Assembly (NCBI GenBank): GCA_030141605.1
Contig: JAQGDQ010000482.1
Coordinates: 105,939 to 169,938, forward strand
Direction: 5' to 3'
DNA length: 64,000 bases
Origin: Tubiluchus corallicola
Lineage: Eukaryota; Animalia; Priapulida
Below the pieces are notes generated by a model. It ran no database searches, was not told the origin of the DNA, and saw nothing but the letters and a program-made list of their open reading frames with translations. The position numbers and the translations under genes are program-made. This document shows positions 37,301-49,779 of the stretch, in pieces (the stretch's first letter is position 1; every line of letters begins with the position of its first letter).

Positions 37301-38363
37301 CAAGCTTCCCCACAAATGCTTTTATTTATGAGAGCTGCAGGAGAGCTGTATAATCCAGGAATATTGCCCCAGAAATGGCGTGCATCCCACAGTACCAGGT
37401 CACACTGAGAAAAGAAGAGGAGCAAGTTAAAGTGACCACTAAAAGTAACTTTTTGTTTATGTGCAAGAGCTTTTTTTCATTTTACAATATTATGTCTATT
37501 AAGAACAATAGCGCAATGTTTGCTGGTCACTCGACTGACCAGGTATCATTCTCCATCAACTGCTTGTCAAGATTGGCTTCTGCAGAAATGCTTTTATCTA
37601 TGAGAGCTGCAGGGGAGCTGTACAATCCAGGAATATTGCTTCAGAAATAGCGGTTATCCCAAAGTACCGGGTCACACTGCGAAAAGAAGAGCAAGTTAAA
37701 GTGATCACTAAAAGTAACTTTTTGTTAGTGTGCAAGAGCTTTTTTTCCATTTTACAATATACTAAATTTTGTTTTTCTTGTTTCGAGCCTAATTAAATAA
37801 TTAGGTTCACAATCCTGACAAAAATACTCAAGGCTTCCCCAGAAATGCTTTCATCTATGAGAGCTGCAGGAGAGCTGTACAGGCCAGGAATGTTGCTTCA
37901 GAAATAGCGGTTATCCCAAAGTACCGGGTCACAGTGCGAAAAGAAGAAGAGCAAGTTAAAGTTATCACTATAAGTAACTTTTTGTTAGTGTGCAAGAGCT
38001 TTTTTTTATTTTACAATATTATGTCTATTAAGAACGCAATAGCGCAATGTTTGTTGGTCACTCGACTGACCAGGTATCATTCTCCATCAACTGCTTGTCA
38101 AGATTGGCTTCTGCAGAAATGCTTTTATCTATGAGAGCTGCAGGAGAGCTGTACAGGCCAGGAATGTTGCTTCAGAAATAGCGGTTATCCCAAAGTACCG
38201 GGTCACACTGCGAAAAGAAGAGCAAGTTAAAGTGACCACTAAGAGTAACCTTTTGTTAGTGTGCAAGAGCTTTTTTTCCATTTTACAATATACTAAATTT
38301 TGTTTTTCTTGTTTCAAGCCTAATTAATTAATTAGGTTCACAATCCTGACAAAAATAATCAAG
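34359..38363. repeat. Complex higher-order tandem array: 15 copies of a ~187-bp core separated by alternating A (~84 bp) and B (~71 bp) segments
   Basis: Read directly; AB period ~528 bp; near-identical ORFs at 36318 and 37375 give a 1057-bp super-period. Confidence 0.93.
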
Positions 38364-38421
38364 AAATATATGTGCGCCATCACATAGTTAATATCTAATT
38401 TTAATTATTATTGATTATTCT

Positions 38422-38548
38422 ACCTTCAGTATTGAGTTGTAAGGCCACTTCGGCCCACCGCTGTCTTGTAAAATCCCTGTGCCTGCATTTGGGATTAGTT
38501 TTATCGTATAAAGCATGTCTGATTTCCACAGCGTGTTCGTCCTCCATT
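38422..38548 (-). pseudogene. MADF/Myb-SANT-like first exon, probably of a Harbinger transposon
   Basis: MEDEHAVEIRHALYDKTNPKCRHRDFTRQRWAEVALQLNTE then AG|GT; upstream Harbinger-like end TAA|gtctgcgttttcactgcgg at ~38755. Confidence 0.65.
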
Positions 38549-39534
38549 ATAAAAATGAGCTTGTCTGTCCGCACTAAAAAGGTTGAACAAAAGTGCGGAT
38601 CCAGGCGTATACGTGGCTTTCCGCAATGTGAACGAAGTGGAAACGACAAACACGTAAAACTATGGTATTCAAAGGCGGGCCATTGTATCAATTTTTTTCT
38701 GTGCTAACCATACAAAAAAAATCTGTGTCTGTGGGCCGCAGTGAAAACGCAGACTTATACATAACTTGTCTTAACCATATAAGGCAATTGAAAGGAGATT
38801 ACGCACAATTTGAATATGCTAACCCTAGCCTTGCTTAACCAAAACCCTAATCCACACCCTAACTCTAACCCTAATTGTAACCTTAATCCTCTTCACGAAC
38901 TAATTTCTTGAGTGTGGGTAATTGTATAGTTTAGACAGGCAGTTGAATGTAAAGCAGCCATTTTACATAGGCAAACGACAAACTAGTAGATAAGTAAAAG
39001 CAAAATAAACTACAAAAATTTATTCTAGTTATAGTGAAATACGATGGGTATCTGCTGGTCCCGGGTAATCAAATGTAGATTGGTTTTGGTCAATAGATGG
39101 CCGGTTCGTGCCTCGGCGGTAGTTATTTTCTCGAATTTGTTTTTTCATTATAATTCTTCTATTACCTACCTCTATTTATATGTACAATTCATTACAAAAT
39201 TGTTTACATTATCAACATATTAAAAAGTAACATACATTTCAACAATAACAATTTTAACACGTCACGGTCTCTAGTTAAAGGAAGTTAGTTTTTCCCATGT
39301 GTAGGAGCCGGTTTTCCTCATAATAAAGACACTAAATGTGTCAGGAGTAAAGAATCCCATGATGATCTATTGTTAGTGACGTTGGCCAACACTTATTGTT
39401 TTATTTACAGGTCATGTTGTGAAGTCATTACATTGTTATGTCATTATATATGAAGTGATCATGTAACTAAGAAGACCAAGATGTTTTAACTCATTTGTTT
39501 ATTGCTTTCATTTACAAAAATATACAGGTGCCAC

Positions 39535-41134
39535 TATGAACTATGAACTATGAATTTTATTCCACACATCAAAATACATTATTATACACATAAATAAACA
39601 ATAAATAAAATAATTTGAGTAGTGTGAGGTGAGTGTACGACCATACGGTCATTAACACACTCACCTTATTTAAATGAAAAAATTAATAAAGTTATGCGTG
39701 CTTTTTTAGATGACTCAATGAAAAAGGAAACATTAGAAAAACATAATATGTAATTACGATTTTGATATGAATATTGAAATAATTTTGAAATAAAGTAAAT
39801 GATGTAATAATAGCAAGGAAACATAAGAAAAAAATAATATGGAATTACGATTTAGATATGAATATTGAAATAATTTTGAAATAAAGTAAATGATGTAATA
39901 ATAGCAAGGAAACATAAGAAAAACATAATATGGAATTACGATTTTGATACGAATATTGAAATAATTTTGAAATAAAGTAAATGATATAATAATAGCAAGG
40001 AAACATAATATGTAAAAACGATTTTGATATAGACTGCGATGAATGAATAATTCATTTAAATTGATTTATACATTTTACTAATAAAGTAACATTAGTAAAA
40101 GAAAAACATTAGTGCAAAAAGACACACGTGCACAAAAAGAGAAAAAAAAGCTCTAGTTTTCTACGCCAATGAATATTTACTAAGTAAAAATATCTTGTAT
40201 TGTTTGGTAGCTATATGTAAAGAAGGAGAGGAAATGATTGTATTGGGTACACTATTCCACAAAATAACTCCACTGTGCTGTAAGGTATTTAAGCCATACG
40301 CTGTGTTAAATCGTGTTTGAAAATAGTGTCCCATACTTGAGGACCTAGTATAGTGAGAGTGAACATCTTTGATTAAGGTAAAGTAGTTAGTATATAATTC
40401 AGGCAACTGCCGGTTATTATACTTATACATGAATTTAAATAATTCAAGATTATAAATATCATCTATTTTCAATAAACTAAGGTGTATGTATGAAGATGTT
40501 GCATGGTCTCTGTAATTGGCAAAAGTCATGTATTTAACTATTTTATTCTGAACTGTTATTAGTGGTTGTAATAAGTATTTTTTTGTTTGCCACCATGACA
40601 ACACACAGTATTGGAGGTACGGATAGACTAATGCATGGTAGATCATTTTCAAAACAGGCAAATTAATAAAATGTCTTAATTTTGCAAAAATACCAGCTGT
40701 TTTGTTTAGTTTTGTTGCTGTAGAGGATATATGGGTAGACCACTTCATGTTGTTGTCAATATGCAACCCAAGGTATTTTATACTACTACTTTGTGTTAAA
40801 ATTATGTCGCCAATTTTGAGTTCGAAAGTGGAAGAGTCTTGTTGTGAAAGGTTCCTACTGATTAACATATACTTAGTTTTTGTGTAATTGACAGTTAATT
40901 TATTTGCTTTCATCCAGTCATCAATCTTTTTTAGTTCGTTGTTAGTGCGATGTTGTAAAGTTGAAAGGTTATTAGATGTAAGGAAGAGACTTGTATCATC
41001 AGCGAAAAGACGAGTGTTAAAATTAGTAGCAAGAGGAAGATCATTGATATAGATCAGGAAAAGCAGCGGCCCAAGAGTTGATCCTTGAGGTACACCACAG
41101 TTTATATCTAGCAAATCAGTTTATATCTAGCAAA
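39535..41134 (-). mobile_element. 5'-truncated CR1/L2-group (Crack/Daphne-like) LINE; RT ORF at 40161-41114
   Basis: GVPQGSTLGPLLFLIYINDL, LFADDT and KYLGLHID motifs; 3'UTR with ~91-bp repeats (39727-40030), stem-loop 39627-39666, AATAAA and (TTCATAG)n tail; TSD GCCAC. Confidence 0.93.
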
Positions 41135-41636
41135 GCCACGGCAATGGACGTCAAACACTAATACCTTTAGTACTACATTTAAACTCCAGAACATCCAAAT
41201 ATGTTTAATATGCAGCAATTGTCGTTTTATCTGTAATACTAAATTACAGCAATAAGTTTTTAGGAAAAAACATAAGTTTGATACAGGTAAATTACTAAAT
41301 TTTCGTCTATAATTCTACAAAAAATAACGGCGAAATAGCCCTAACTGCTTAAAGCAGTTCAATAAAGATAATTAGACACTTACATGTGGTCTCTCTGAGT
41401 TTTGGCACTTACAACTTGCAAAAAGCAATAGAAATCAATTTACAACATTCACATCATATCAACTTGAAACCTGGCCAACTACCTGGTCACATAACTGATG
41501 ACAGTTAAAGGGGCAAGACCAAATTTAACAGGTATACGTGTATGTATAACAGGGAAACGTGTCTGTGCACAAAACCTCACCCATAAATGTTTCCACGAGC
41601 ATTTATCACCTAACTAAAAAAACAATCACACGTTCA

Positions 41637-44600
41637 TCATTTGACCTTCAATGAAACACAACTTGTGTATAGGGCGTTTAAGGTGACACTCCTCACCAGA
41701 CCATCCTTACTGACGTGGGTTTTCACAACACGTCCAAGCAGCCAACAGTTCCTTTGAGTTGTATCCATAACTAAAACGACGTCATCCTCCTTGAGATTCT
41801 GTTTTTCTCTGTGCCATTTCAAACGTTGTTGGAACTTTGGCAAATACTCTAATTTCCAGCGATTCCAAAATTCATTGGAAAGATATTGTATCTGTCGCCA
41901 CTTTTTTATATAAACATCTGCTGCAGAAAACTGACCCAGTGGAAATATTGGAGGAGCATTTCTGCCCATCAGAAGGAAGTGGTTAGGTGTTAAAGAATCA
42001 TAATCATTCGGATGATCAGATGCTGTGGTCAGAGGCCTTGTGTTGATGATGTTCTCAACAGTACAGAATAAGGTGCTCAAACCCTCATTATCAAGTACGT
42101 GCTGCTGAGTGCAGTACTTTTTTAACACTTTTAATTAGCGCTTCCCAAGGTCCTGCCATATGAGATGCCCGAGGAGGACAAAAATCACAATCAATGTGTT
42201 TCTGAAGTAGGAAAATTACTTCCATAGTCAGACATTAGTTTGTCAGGTTTACCTCTTCTGAAGCAAAACCTGTCTTGCGCTTTTATGAACGAATCAGTTG
42301 TCATCGTGACCAAGACTTCAAGATGGATGCTTCTGCTAGCCATGCATGTAAAAAGGATGCCGTAACGTTTTACTTCTGAGCGACCACGTTTTACCATAAT
42401 TGGACCAAAGCAATCAGTACCCACAGTAGCAAACACTCCAGAGCTTTGCACTCTGTCTACAGGCAAGTCAGTATCTTTTGGTGCAGTGGCAATGCTCTAT
42501 GCAGTCTACGTTGTCTGCACTCAGCTAAAAGCTTGAGTATCATACCACGCATTCCAAAAATCCAAAACTTCTGGCGGATCAAAGATATTACATGCTGTTT
42601 GCCAACATGTCCATGCATAGTGTGGAAATCTTGGATGACTAAACATGATAATTTTTGTCCTTTTGGTAAAACAATTAGATGCCTAGCATTGAAGTTGACA
42701 TCAGCATGCTTTATTCGGCCACCTACACGAATAAGTTGCTTTTCACATAGGAATGGATCAAGTTTCACCAGACAACTAGACTTAATAACATTCTGATATT
42801 CTTTGGGCGAACTCTCTTTCTGCACATACTTGATTATTTCTTCTTCGCATAGTCCAGTTCTACAACAGTCAGTTTATTGGGAAAACTCGAAGTCTTTTTG
42901 GCAACTTTGTTGTTTAACACTGTTTTGAACTGTTTTAACACCATGCAACACTTTTCGTCAACCTGTAGAACGAAGAATAACGATTCATCAAATCATTTAT
43001 GACATTATGCTGTGTATTATCCATTGTCGTCGCTGTTATGGTATTAACAACTGGAGAGTGCTTTACTTCTTTGTCACCTTGCAATAAATCCTTCTGTGTA
43101 GTCATATCAATTCGAGGCCAATCATTTTCTGGTAGCGTCAGAAATCTAGGCCTGAATTTCCAGGGTTTCGACTCTAACAGTGCATAAGCATTTCATCCTC
43201 GAGATAGGTCGTCAGCTGCATTTTCCTCAGAAGGGACATATCTCCATTGCTCTGGTGATGAGTCCTCTAGAATGCTTGTGACCCTGTTCTGCACGAAGGT
43301 ATGAAAGCGCTTGACAGTATTTCGTATGTAGTGCAGGATAATAAGACTATCCGTCCAAAATATGGACCTGTCAATGTGGATGGTAAGCTCTTTCCGTAGC
43401 AGCTTTTCAAGTTTAGCTACAAGAGATGCTGCACATAACTCCAGGAGAGGAATAGTCAGTCCTTCCATTGGAGTTAGCCTTGATTTTGCAATGACAAAGG
43501 CAGTGTGGATAGCATTGAGCTCATTCTGCTGAATGAATACTACCACACCATAAGCACTTTCAGAAGCGTCACAAAAATAATGAAGCTCTGTGGATATTAC
43601 CTTGCCAAACTCACAAGGCTTGAATGATCTCTCAATCTTGAAATTTGTTAATGTTGTGCTTTTTTCTTTCCATTTCTTCTCAATGGCGCCGTCCAACTTG
43701 CTGTCCCACATTTTGTCTGGTAAACAACATTCCTCTTGAAACAGTTTCTTTCCTTGTAGAACAAATGGGCCACACATTCCAAGGGGATCATTGATACTGG
43801 AAAGAGAACTAAGCAATTCACATTTTGTATTCTGATGCTCCTTCTGTTTCACATGGACTCCTAGCATATCAGCCTCCATCTGCCAACTTATCCCCAATGC
43901 ACGCTCATTCGGCAGTGTGTCATGTGACAGGTTTGATCTTTAACACCGTTTCCACTATCTTCAATTGGAATAGTGTCGAGAACACCTTTATCATTTGACA
44001 TCCATTTCGTCAAGCAGAATTCACCCTTCTGTAAAAGCAGCTTTAGCTGAGTAATTAGCTTCAATGCTTGCTCCACATTTTCGACTGACTTTAGACACAT
44101 AAAAATTGTAAAGCACAGTTGCTATCGTTTCTTTATCAAAGCTATATTGGTAGTCCAATGCAGTGCGCTTCAAGGCAAATAAAGCTGCACTGGGGGGCTA
44201 AACCCATCCAAAAAGATGCACGGTCATTCTAAGTATCTGAAGAGGCTGGTCAATTTCTCTTTCACGCCAGCAAATGAACCTCAGCATATATCTATGCTTG
44301 GGCGGAACAAACACTTAGTGATACATCTGACGTATTTCTGCTAGCATGGATGGACATAGAGGACACCAACCAAATTATTCGTAAGGTATGGACCTTGCAA
44401 AGCCAATTTGTTCAGTGAGATATCTTCACACTCTGCACCACAATCAAAAACAATACGTTTTATCTGGTTTATTTTCGTTAAAAACTGGGAAATGAGAAAG
44501 ATTCCAAGTCAGATGTGTAGGAGAACTTGCTGATTGTTCCTCCACTAGCTCTGCATGACCCTTGCTTAGCAAGTCGTTGATTCTGTCAGTGTAATTTTGA

Positions 44601-44800
44601 TGAAGAATGCCGAATTTTCTTCTGAGCTCATTGAGCCGCTTTGCTGCCATCTGAAAGCTATAAGGAATAACATGATGTTTGCCTTTAAATGGTATTTCTA
44701 GCTCATAGTGACCGTCTCTTCATGTTATTGAACTTTTCCAAATGTTGATGACCATCATCTCTTCTTTAGAATACAGCTCATCATCCAAAACAGAATATAT
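41637..44800 (-). mobile_element. Decayed BEL/Pao LTR retrotransposon pol (RT, Pao RNase H/peptidase A17, integrase, DUF5641)
   Basis: VHLFG, ELHYFCDASESAYG, AKSRLTP..TIPLLELCAA, WRYVPSEENAADDLSRG, GTDCFGP, LTPNHFL and FWNRWKLEYL motifs; many frameshifts. Confidence 0.93.
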
Positions 44801-45002
44801 TTTGTAATTTTCTAGAAAGTGTGAGCGTTTGTGTGTGTTGGTGTAAGAGAGAGGGGGGGGGAGAGACGCGTCTTACTTTACGATACCACCTGTCTAATTG
44901 TAACGGTACAGACAAAGTCTCATACACACTTACAGAAAAAGTCGCAGTCTCATACAGAAAAGGCTGTTTTTTGAAAAGCTACAATAATCTTGCATCATTC
45001 GA

Positions 45003-45547
45003 TGTTGGGTAGGATTAAATATATCCAATGTCCTTGATAAAACTGACAATCATCTGCAAAGGCATGCAAAGACGTCACGGGAATTACATGATTTGCCGAG
45101 GACCCAGCTATGGATAACAAAGACAGCAACAAAATGAACAAATGTCTGACCAGTTTGGTGTTTTTTATTTATAAAATGAATCTGAAAGAACTACTCACTT
45201 CTTTGCTTTCATTGTCATTGTCTTCCGTCCTTTCCAACACTAAACTGCAACTCGAACACACATCCTACTCTATTCCTTCTCCTCGTAATCTTCTTCCTAA
45301 TCCATCTCAATAACCTCACACAACAACACCTTCTTCTTCTACTTTCAAATACCGGCTCCTCACTCCATGCAACTTTTATAAAACTGTTCACATTCATCAT
45401 TAATCTCTCTTACTTCTGCTATCTCTTTCAGTTATTTGTGGTGAATGCTGTGACTTAGTAACGGCATTCATACGTCACAAAGTGACGTCACATAGCAACT
45501 GACGCGTCATTGCCCGACGCGTACACGTTAAACGTATCAGACTTACA
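45003..45547 (-). mobile_element. LTR-like segment
   Basis: On minus TGTAAG...CAACA with TATAAAA and AATAAA in the expected order; no TSD or PBS found. Confidence 0.3.
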
Positions 45548-46661
45548 TCCCAGGGAAAACGCTTTTCTCGGATTCTTTATTTAACAAAGTTGGGTTTCCT
45601 ATTTCTGGATAGGTGGCGAGGAAATTGCTATCTCGTGAAATTTGTGCGTAATACGATGAGGAATAAATTTACCACATTTATTAAATTTCAGTAAAATAAC
45701 AAAAATTAATTAATTTGAAATTACTAATACTACTATTACTTTGAATCTAAATAAAAATTATTTACATTTTTATGTCATTCCTAACTGATACCCACAATTT
45801 GCATACAGTGAGTGCAAATGTGGTCTACTTTGTAAAATGTGTGTTTTATGTCAAGTTGAAAACATTACTCCTACAAGAAGCGACACGTACCAAGACGTGT
45901 GGCTAAATCGTGTGGCTACGCGTGTCAAAGTCACGAGCCGAATTTTATTTAGCCACAATGCTGCACAATATCTGCTGTAGATACAAACGTATTTTAGTCA
46001 TTACAATATTGTGACTATTTATCTTGTATAGTTTTTCTTTTGATAATGTAACTGATTATTTAACTAATGAAATTCTCTTAACTACAAATGTTATCTTAAT
46101 TAATAATGAATTATCTATGAATTAATTGCAAGGGAATAATTGCATTGTACTTCTCACAGCATGTCATTTAGCACACACAAAATAGAACACTAGAATAACA
46201 CTGTAACAAGTTTTACTATCAGCACTTGTAACAAAAAGGGGGGGGACAAAATAGTAAAAACTAAATAATAACAACACTTCTACTAAGCCAAGGAGCTGTT
46301 GTCGAAAACTAGGCTTCTCGAGTAGACGTTTTTACTCATGGTTACAAGTATATTTTCTAAACCTGTTTACATAGTGTACATTCAGCTCTATGTAAACTAG
46401 TTTTGTACTCAATTAGCCGTGAAATCGCTTGCATTTAGGCTTCCTTCTCAGAAGGCTTATCTAGAATCTGGCAACTTCTTTCTAGCTTGATTGAAGTGAC
46501 GTAACATTGCGTTATGACACTCCACCTCCTTATCGAGGTTAATACGTAACCAATTATCGGTATGTAGTCATTATATTTGTATTTTGTACTGTTTATGTAA
46601 ATTGTTTCACTCATGTTCATTTTGATGTAGTCGTTACTTTAATGTAGCCAATGGCTCATAC

Positions 46662-47080
46662 ATAGCATTTAACTCTACTTTTCTCTACCTAAAACGTAGC
46701 ATTTAGCTCTACTTTTCTCTACCTAAAACGTAGCATTTAGCTCTATTTTTCTCTACCTAAAACGTAGCATTTAGCTCTACTTTTCTCTACCTAAAACGTA
46801 GCATTTAGCTCTACTTTTCTCTACCTAAAACGTAGCATTTAGCTCTACTTTTCTCTACCTAAAACGTAGCATTTAGCTCTACTTTTCTCTACCTAAAACG
46901 TAGCATTTAGCTCTATTTTTCTCTACCTAAAACGTAACATTTAGCTCTATTTTCTCTACCTAAAACGTAGCATCTAGCTCTACTTTTTCTCTACCTAAAA
47001 CTTAGCATTTAGCTCTATTTTTCTCTTCCTAAAACATAGCATTTAGCTCTATTCTTCTCTACCTAAAGCGTAGCATTAGC
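46662..47080. repeat. 34-bp minisatellite, ~12 copies
   Basis: Repeated tagcatttagctctacttttctctacctaaaacg. Confidence 0.95.
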
Positions 47081-47087
47081 AAGTTAC

Positions 47088-48202
47088 TTGACACTAACAT
47101 TATTAAATAGTGAACTCGGTAAAATTACAGCCTGGTTTAAAATCAATAAATTAGCACTAAACTCAACTAAAACTAAATACATTTTATTCAGAGCTCGTAA
47201 CAAACCTATAAATATGAACAGTATTATTGTAGAACAAGTAAGCCAAATGAAGTTCCTAGGTATTATGTTAAATGAACACCTAGATTGGAAACCACACTTA
47301 AACATGATTCATTCGAAAGTTGCTAAAAACATCGGGTTAATCAGTCGGGTTAAACATTGTTTTACAAAAGAACACCTAATCACTCTTTATAATTGTCTAG
47401 TACTGCCATACTTAACCTACTGTAATATACTTTGGGGGCACACCTACCCTTCAACTCTAGTTAAACTAAACTCTCTACAACGTAAATTTATAAGATTCAT
47501 AGCTAATTTGAACAAGCGTGAACATGTAGGTCTTAATCTTTTTAAGAGTTATTCTATCCTAGTGCTAAATGATCTAATGAACCTGAATACCGCTGTGTAC
47601 ATCTACAAAACCAAACATAAACTTCAACCCGCTTTCTTTTTAAACCCATTATCTATTAACGTAAGTCATTACTCAACAAGATTTAACGAATTTCGTATTA
47701 AGTATTGCAGGACTGACGCGGCAAGGCACTTCATCACTAACACTGGCCCTAGACTTTGGAATAACATCAACGAATACATAAAAAATTCTTTATCTATAAA
47801 TAACTTCAAAAGAAATTTTAAAAATGAAATCTTTTCTAATTATACGGAATAAATCAATTTGATTAATTACACTGCTGTCCCTGTCGGAATCCATTGTGTT
47901 GCTGGCTATGTCAATTTTTACATTTCTATAGTTCATGTTACTTCATACAGATACCATCACATCTTTCTCCTTCTTTCTATTCTCTATAAACCTTTCCTTC
48001 TACTCCTTTACTGCTCTTTTCTATTACACTCAGTCCACATGCATTTGGGGTACTCTAAACAAGTAATTACTTCCTGAGTACCCCACGGGTCATTTGCGGC
48101 TTGGCATCTTGTGCACATAATGACCAATATATTATTAAATACTTTTATGTACAATGCTGTAATGATCATTGTGGATATATTTAGTAAATAAAATAATAAA
48201 TA
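47088..48202 (+). mobile_element. 5'-truncated CR1/L2-group LINE; RT C-terminal ORF at 47088-47852
   Basis: WFKINKLALNSTKTKYILF, KFLGIMLNEHLDWKPH, LYNCLVLPYLTYCNILWG; 3' stem-loop 48046-48085; (AAATA)n tail. Confidence 0.9.
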
Positions 48203-48234
48203 AGGTTGTAAGAATTACAATTTCGACTAAGTTC

Positions 48235-48620
48235 AAAAATTGAAGGCCAACTAGAAAAATGATTTACAACTATGAGGAACTTAAATCCTGCATAACATCC
48301 AAAATGAGCAGAAACATCCTCGAATGGCCTACTTGCTTGAGGGTGCTTCATCATGGGCTCTTTCGTTTGAGATGGAAGCGCTCGTTCACAATCTATACAT
48401 GAACGGACAACATTCTCGATATCATTCGTAATCTTAGGCCAGTATACGATTAGACGTGCACGCTCTTATGCCCTGAGGACCTTGATGTAAAAGTTTAAAG
48501 ATTTTTACCCGAACTGTCTGGGGAATGAGAATCCTACAACCTACAAGCAGTAATTGATAGTTGCTCACGAACAGACCAATATTGCTTCAAGTTCAATTGT
48601 AAAGCCGATTTACTATTGGG
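48235..48620 (-). mobile_element. Ty3/Gypsy integrase fragment (H2C2 zinc finger plus start of core)
   Basis: Manual translation: LKQYWSVREQLS..VGCRILIPQTVRVKIFKLLHQG...ARLIVYWPKITNDIENVVRSCIDC...RPFEDVSAHF; frameshifted, so absent from the ORF track. Confidence 0.8.
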
Positions 48621-48903
48621 AAGTTAGTTTTTCCCATGTGTAGGAGCCGGTTTTCCTCATGTAATAAAGACACTAAATGTGTCAGGAGCAAAGAATCCCA
48701 TCATGATCTATTGTTAGTGATGTTGACCAACACTTATTGTTTTATTTACAGGCCATGTTGTGAAGTCATTACATTGTTATGTCATTATATATGAAGTGAT
48801 CATGTAACTAAGAACACCATGATGTTTTAACTCATTTGTTTATTGCTTCATTTACAAAAATATACAGGTGACACGGCAATGGACGTCAAGCACTAATACC
48901 TTT
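48619..48903 (+). repeat. Interspersed ~285-bp repeat; second copy at 39280-39534 plus 41135-41168
   Basis: Near-identical sequence; the second copy is split by the LINE. Confidence 0.9.
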
Positions 48904-48943
48904 CAAGAACAAACTTCAAATAAAAAATTTAGTTTGATACATC

Positions 48944-49332
48944 CAGGGTCTATTTCAGCCTAGGCGAGGCCCGGGGGAAGTGGGGCGTGTGAGGTCCCAT
49001 CGGGGGGAGGGGTCGCTACCCTGGTTGGCGCCCAGAAAATTTTTGAACTGCTAGAATGCCGGAGAAACATTTTCGAAGAGAAAATATGGAGTTATAGAGT
49101 TGTTAAAGGAAAGAACAATTGAAAGAAAAACTGCTTTATTCTCAAGACCAGTCCTTAATACTTGTCAATACTGACAAACGGCGCGAGTGCGGCAAGAGAG
49201 AGAGAGAGGGAGAGAGGAGGCAGCATGTTCGCATAAAGCAAAAAAATGTTACCTTGGCGCGAAGCCCCCCTGGAGGGTGAGGCCCCGGGCAAGTATCCCC
49301 ACTTACCCCCCCCCCCCCTGAAATAGGCCCTG
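48944..49332. mobile_element. hAT MITE
   Basis: TIR cagggtctatttcag / ctgaaataggccctg; perfect 8-bp TSD GATACATC. Confidence 0.9.
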
Positions 49333-49602
49333 GATACATCGACTCTCTCACCTTTTCTCAGCTAAAATAAGCGAGATCTAAGAAGCAAAACAAATCTCTC
49401 ATTTTCGTCCTGATGCCAGATTTTATTCTTGTTCTCGACAATGATTTTATAATAATGGAAGGAAAAGCAACAATGAAATATTATGCTGTTGATGAAGATA
49501 ATAGTGCTGCAATTGTAACTGCGAGGTTTAATTGCTGTTACTAGTCTGATGATAATTAATTGGACGGTAGAATACAGCTACAACAGGACAGGACAAGATC
49601 AG

Positions 49603-49779
49603 TAGTGGTGGTTGTGGTGGACGACCACCACCATCACCACAATTATCACCACCACCACTAACCACCACCACCACTACCACCACCACTAACCACCGCCACC
49701 ACGATCACCGCCACCACAATCACCACCACCACAATCACCACCACCACAACCACCACCACCACCACAATCACCACCACCA
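49603..49779. repeat. (ACC)n-rich low-complexity tract
   Basis: Directly visible. Confidence 0.9.

Noticed and set aside
34359-38363. CRISPR-like repeat/spacer appearance, and repeated 62-91 aa ORFs as a tandem gene family
   Set aside because: Repeats are ~187 bp, there are only two recurring spacers, no cas genes, and the context is eukaryotic. The ORFs are by-products of the repeat, with frameshifting indels between units and no recognisable domain.
38818-38890. Interstitial telomeric (CCCTAA)n
   Set aside because: Only a few degenerate units; such tracts are common inside invertebrate non-autonomous elements.
46662-47080. 34-bp repeats as a CRISPR array
   Set aside because: Head-to-tail with no spacers; an ordinary minisatellite next to a LINE truncation point.
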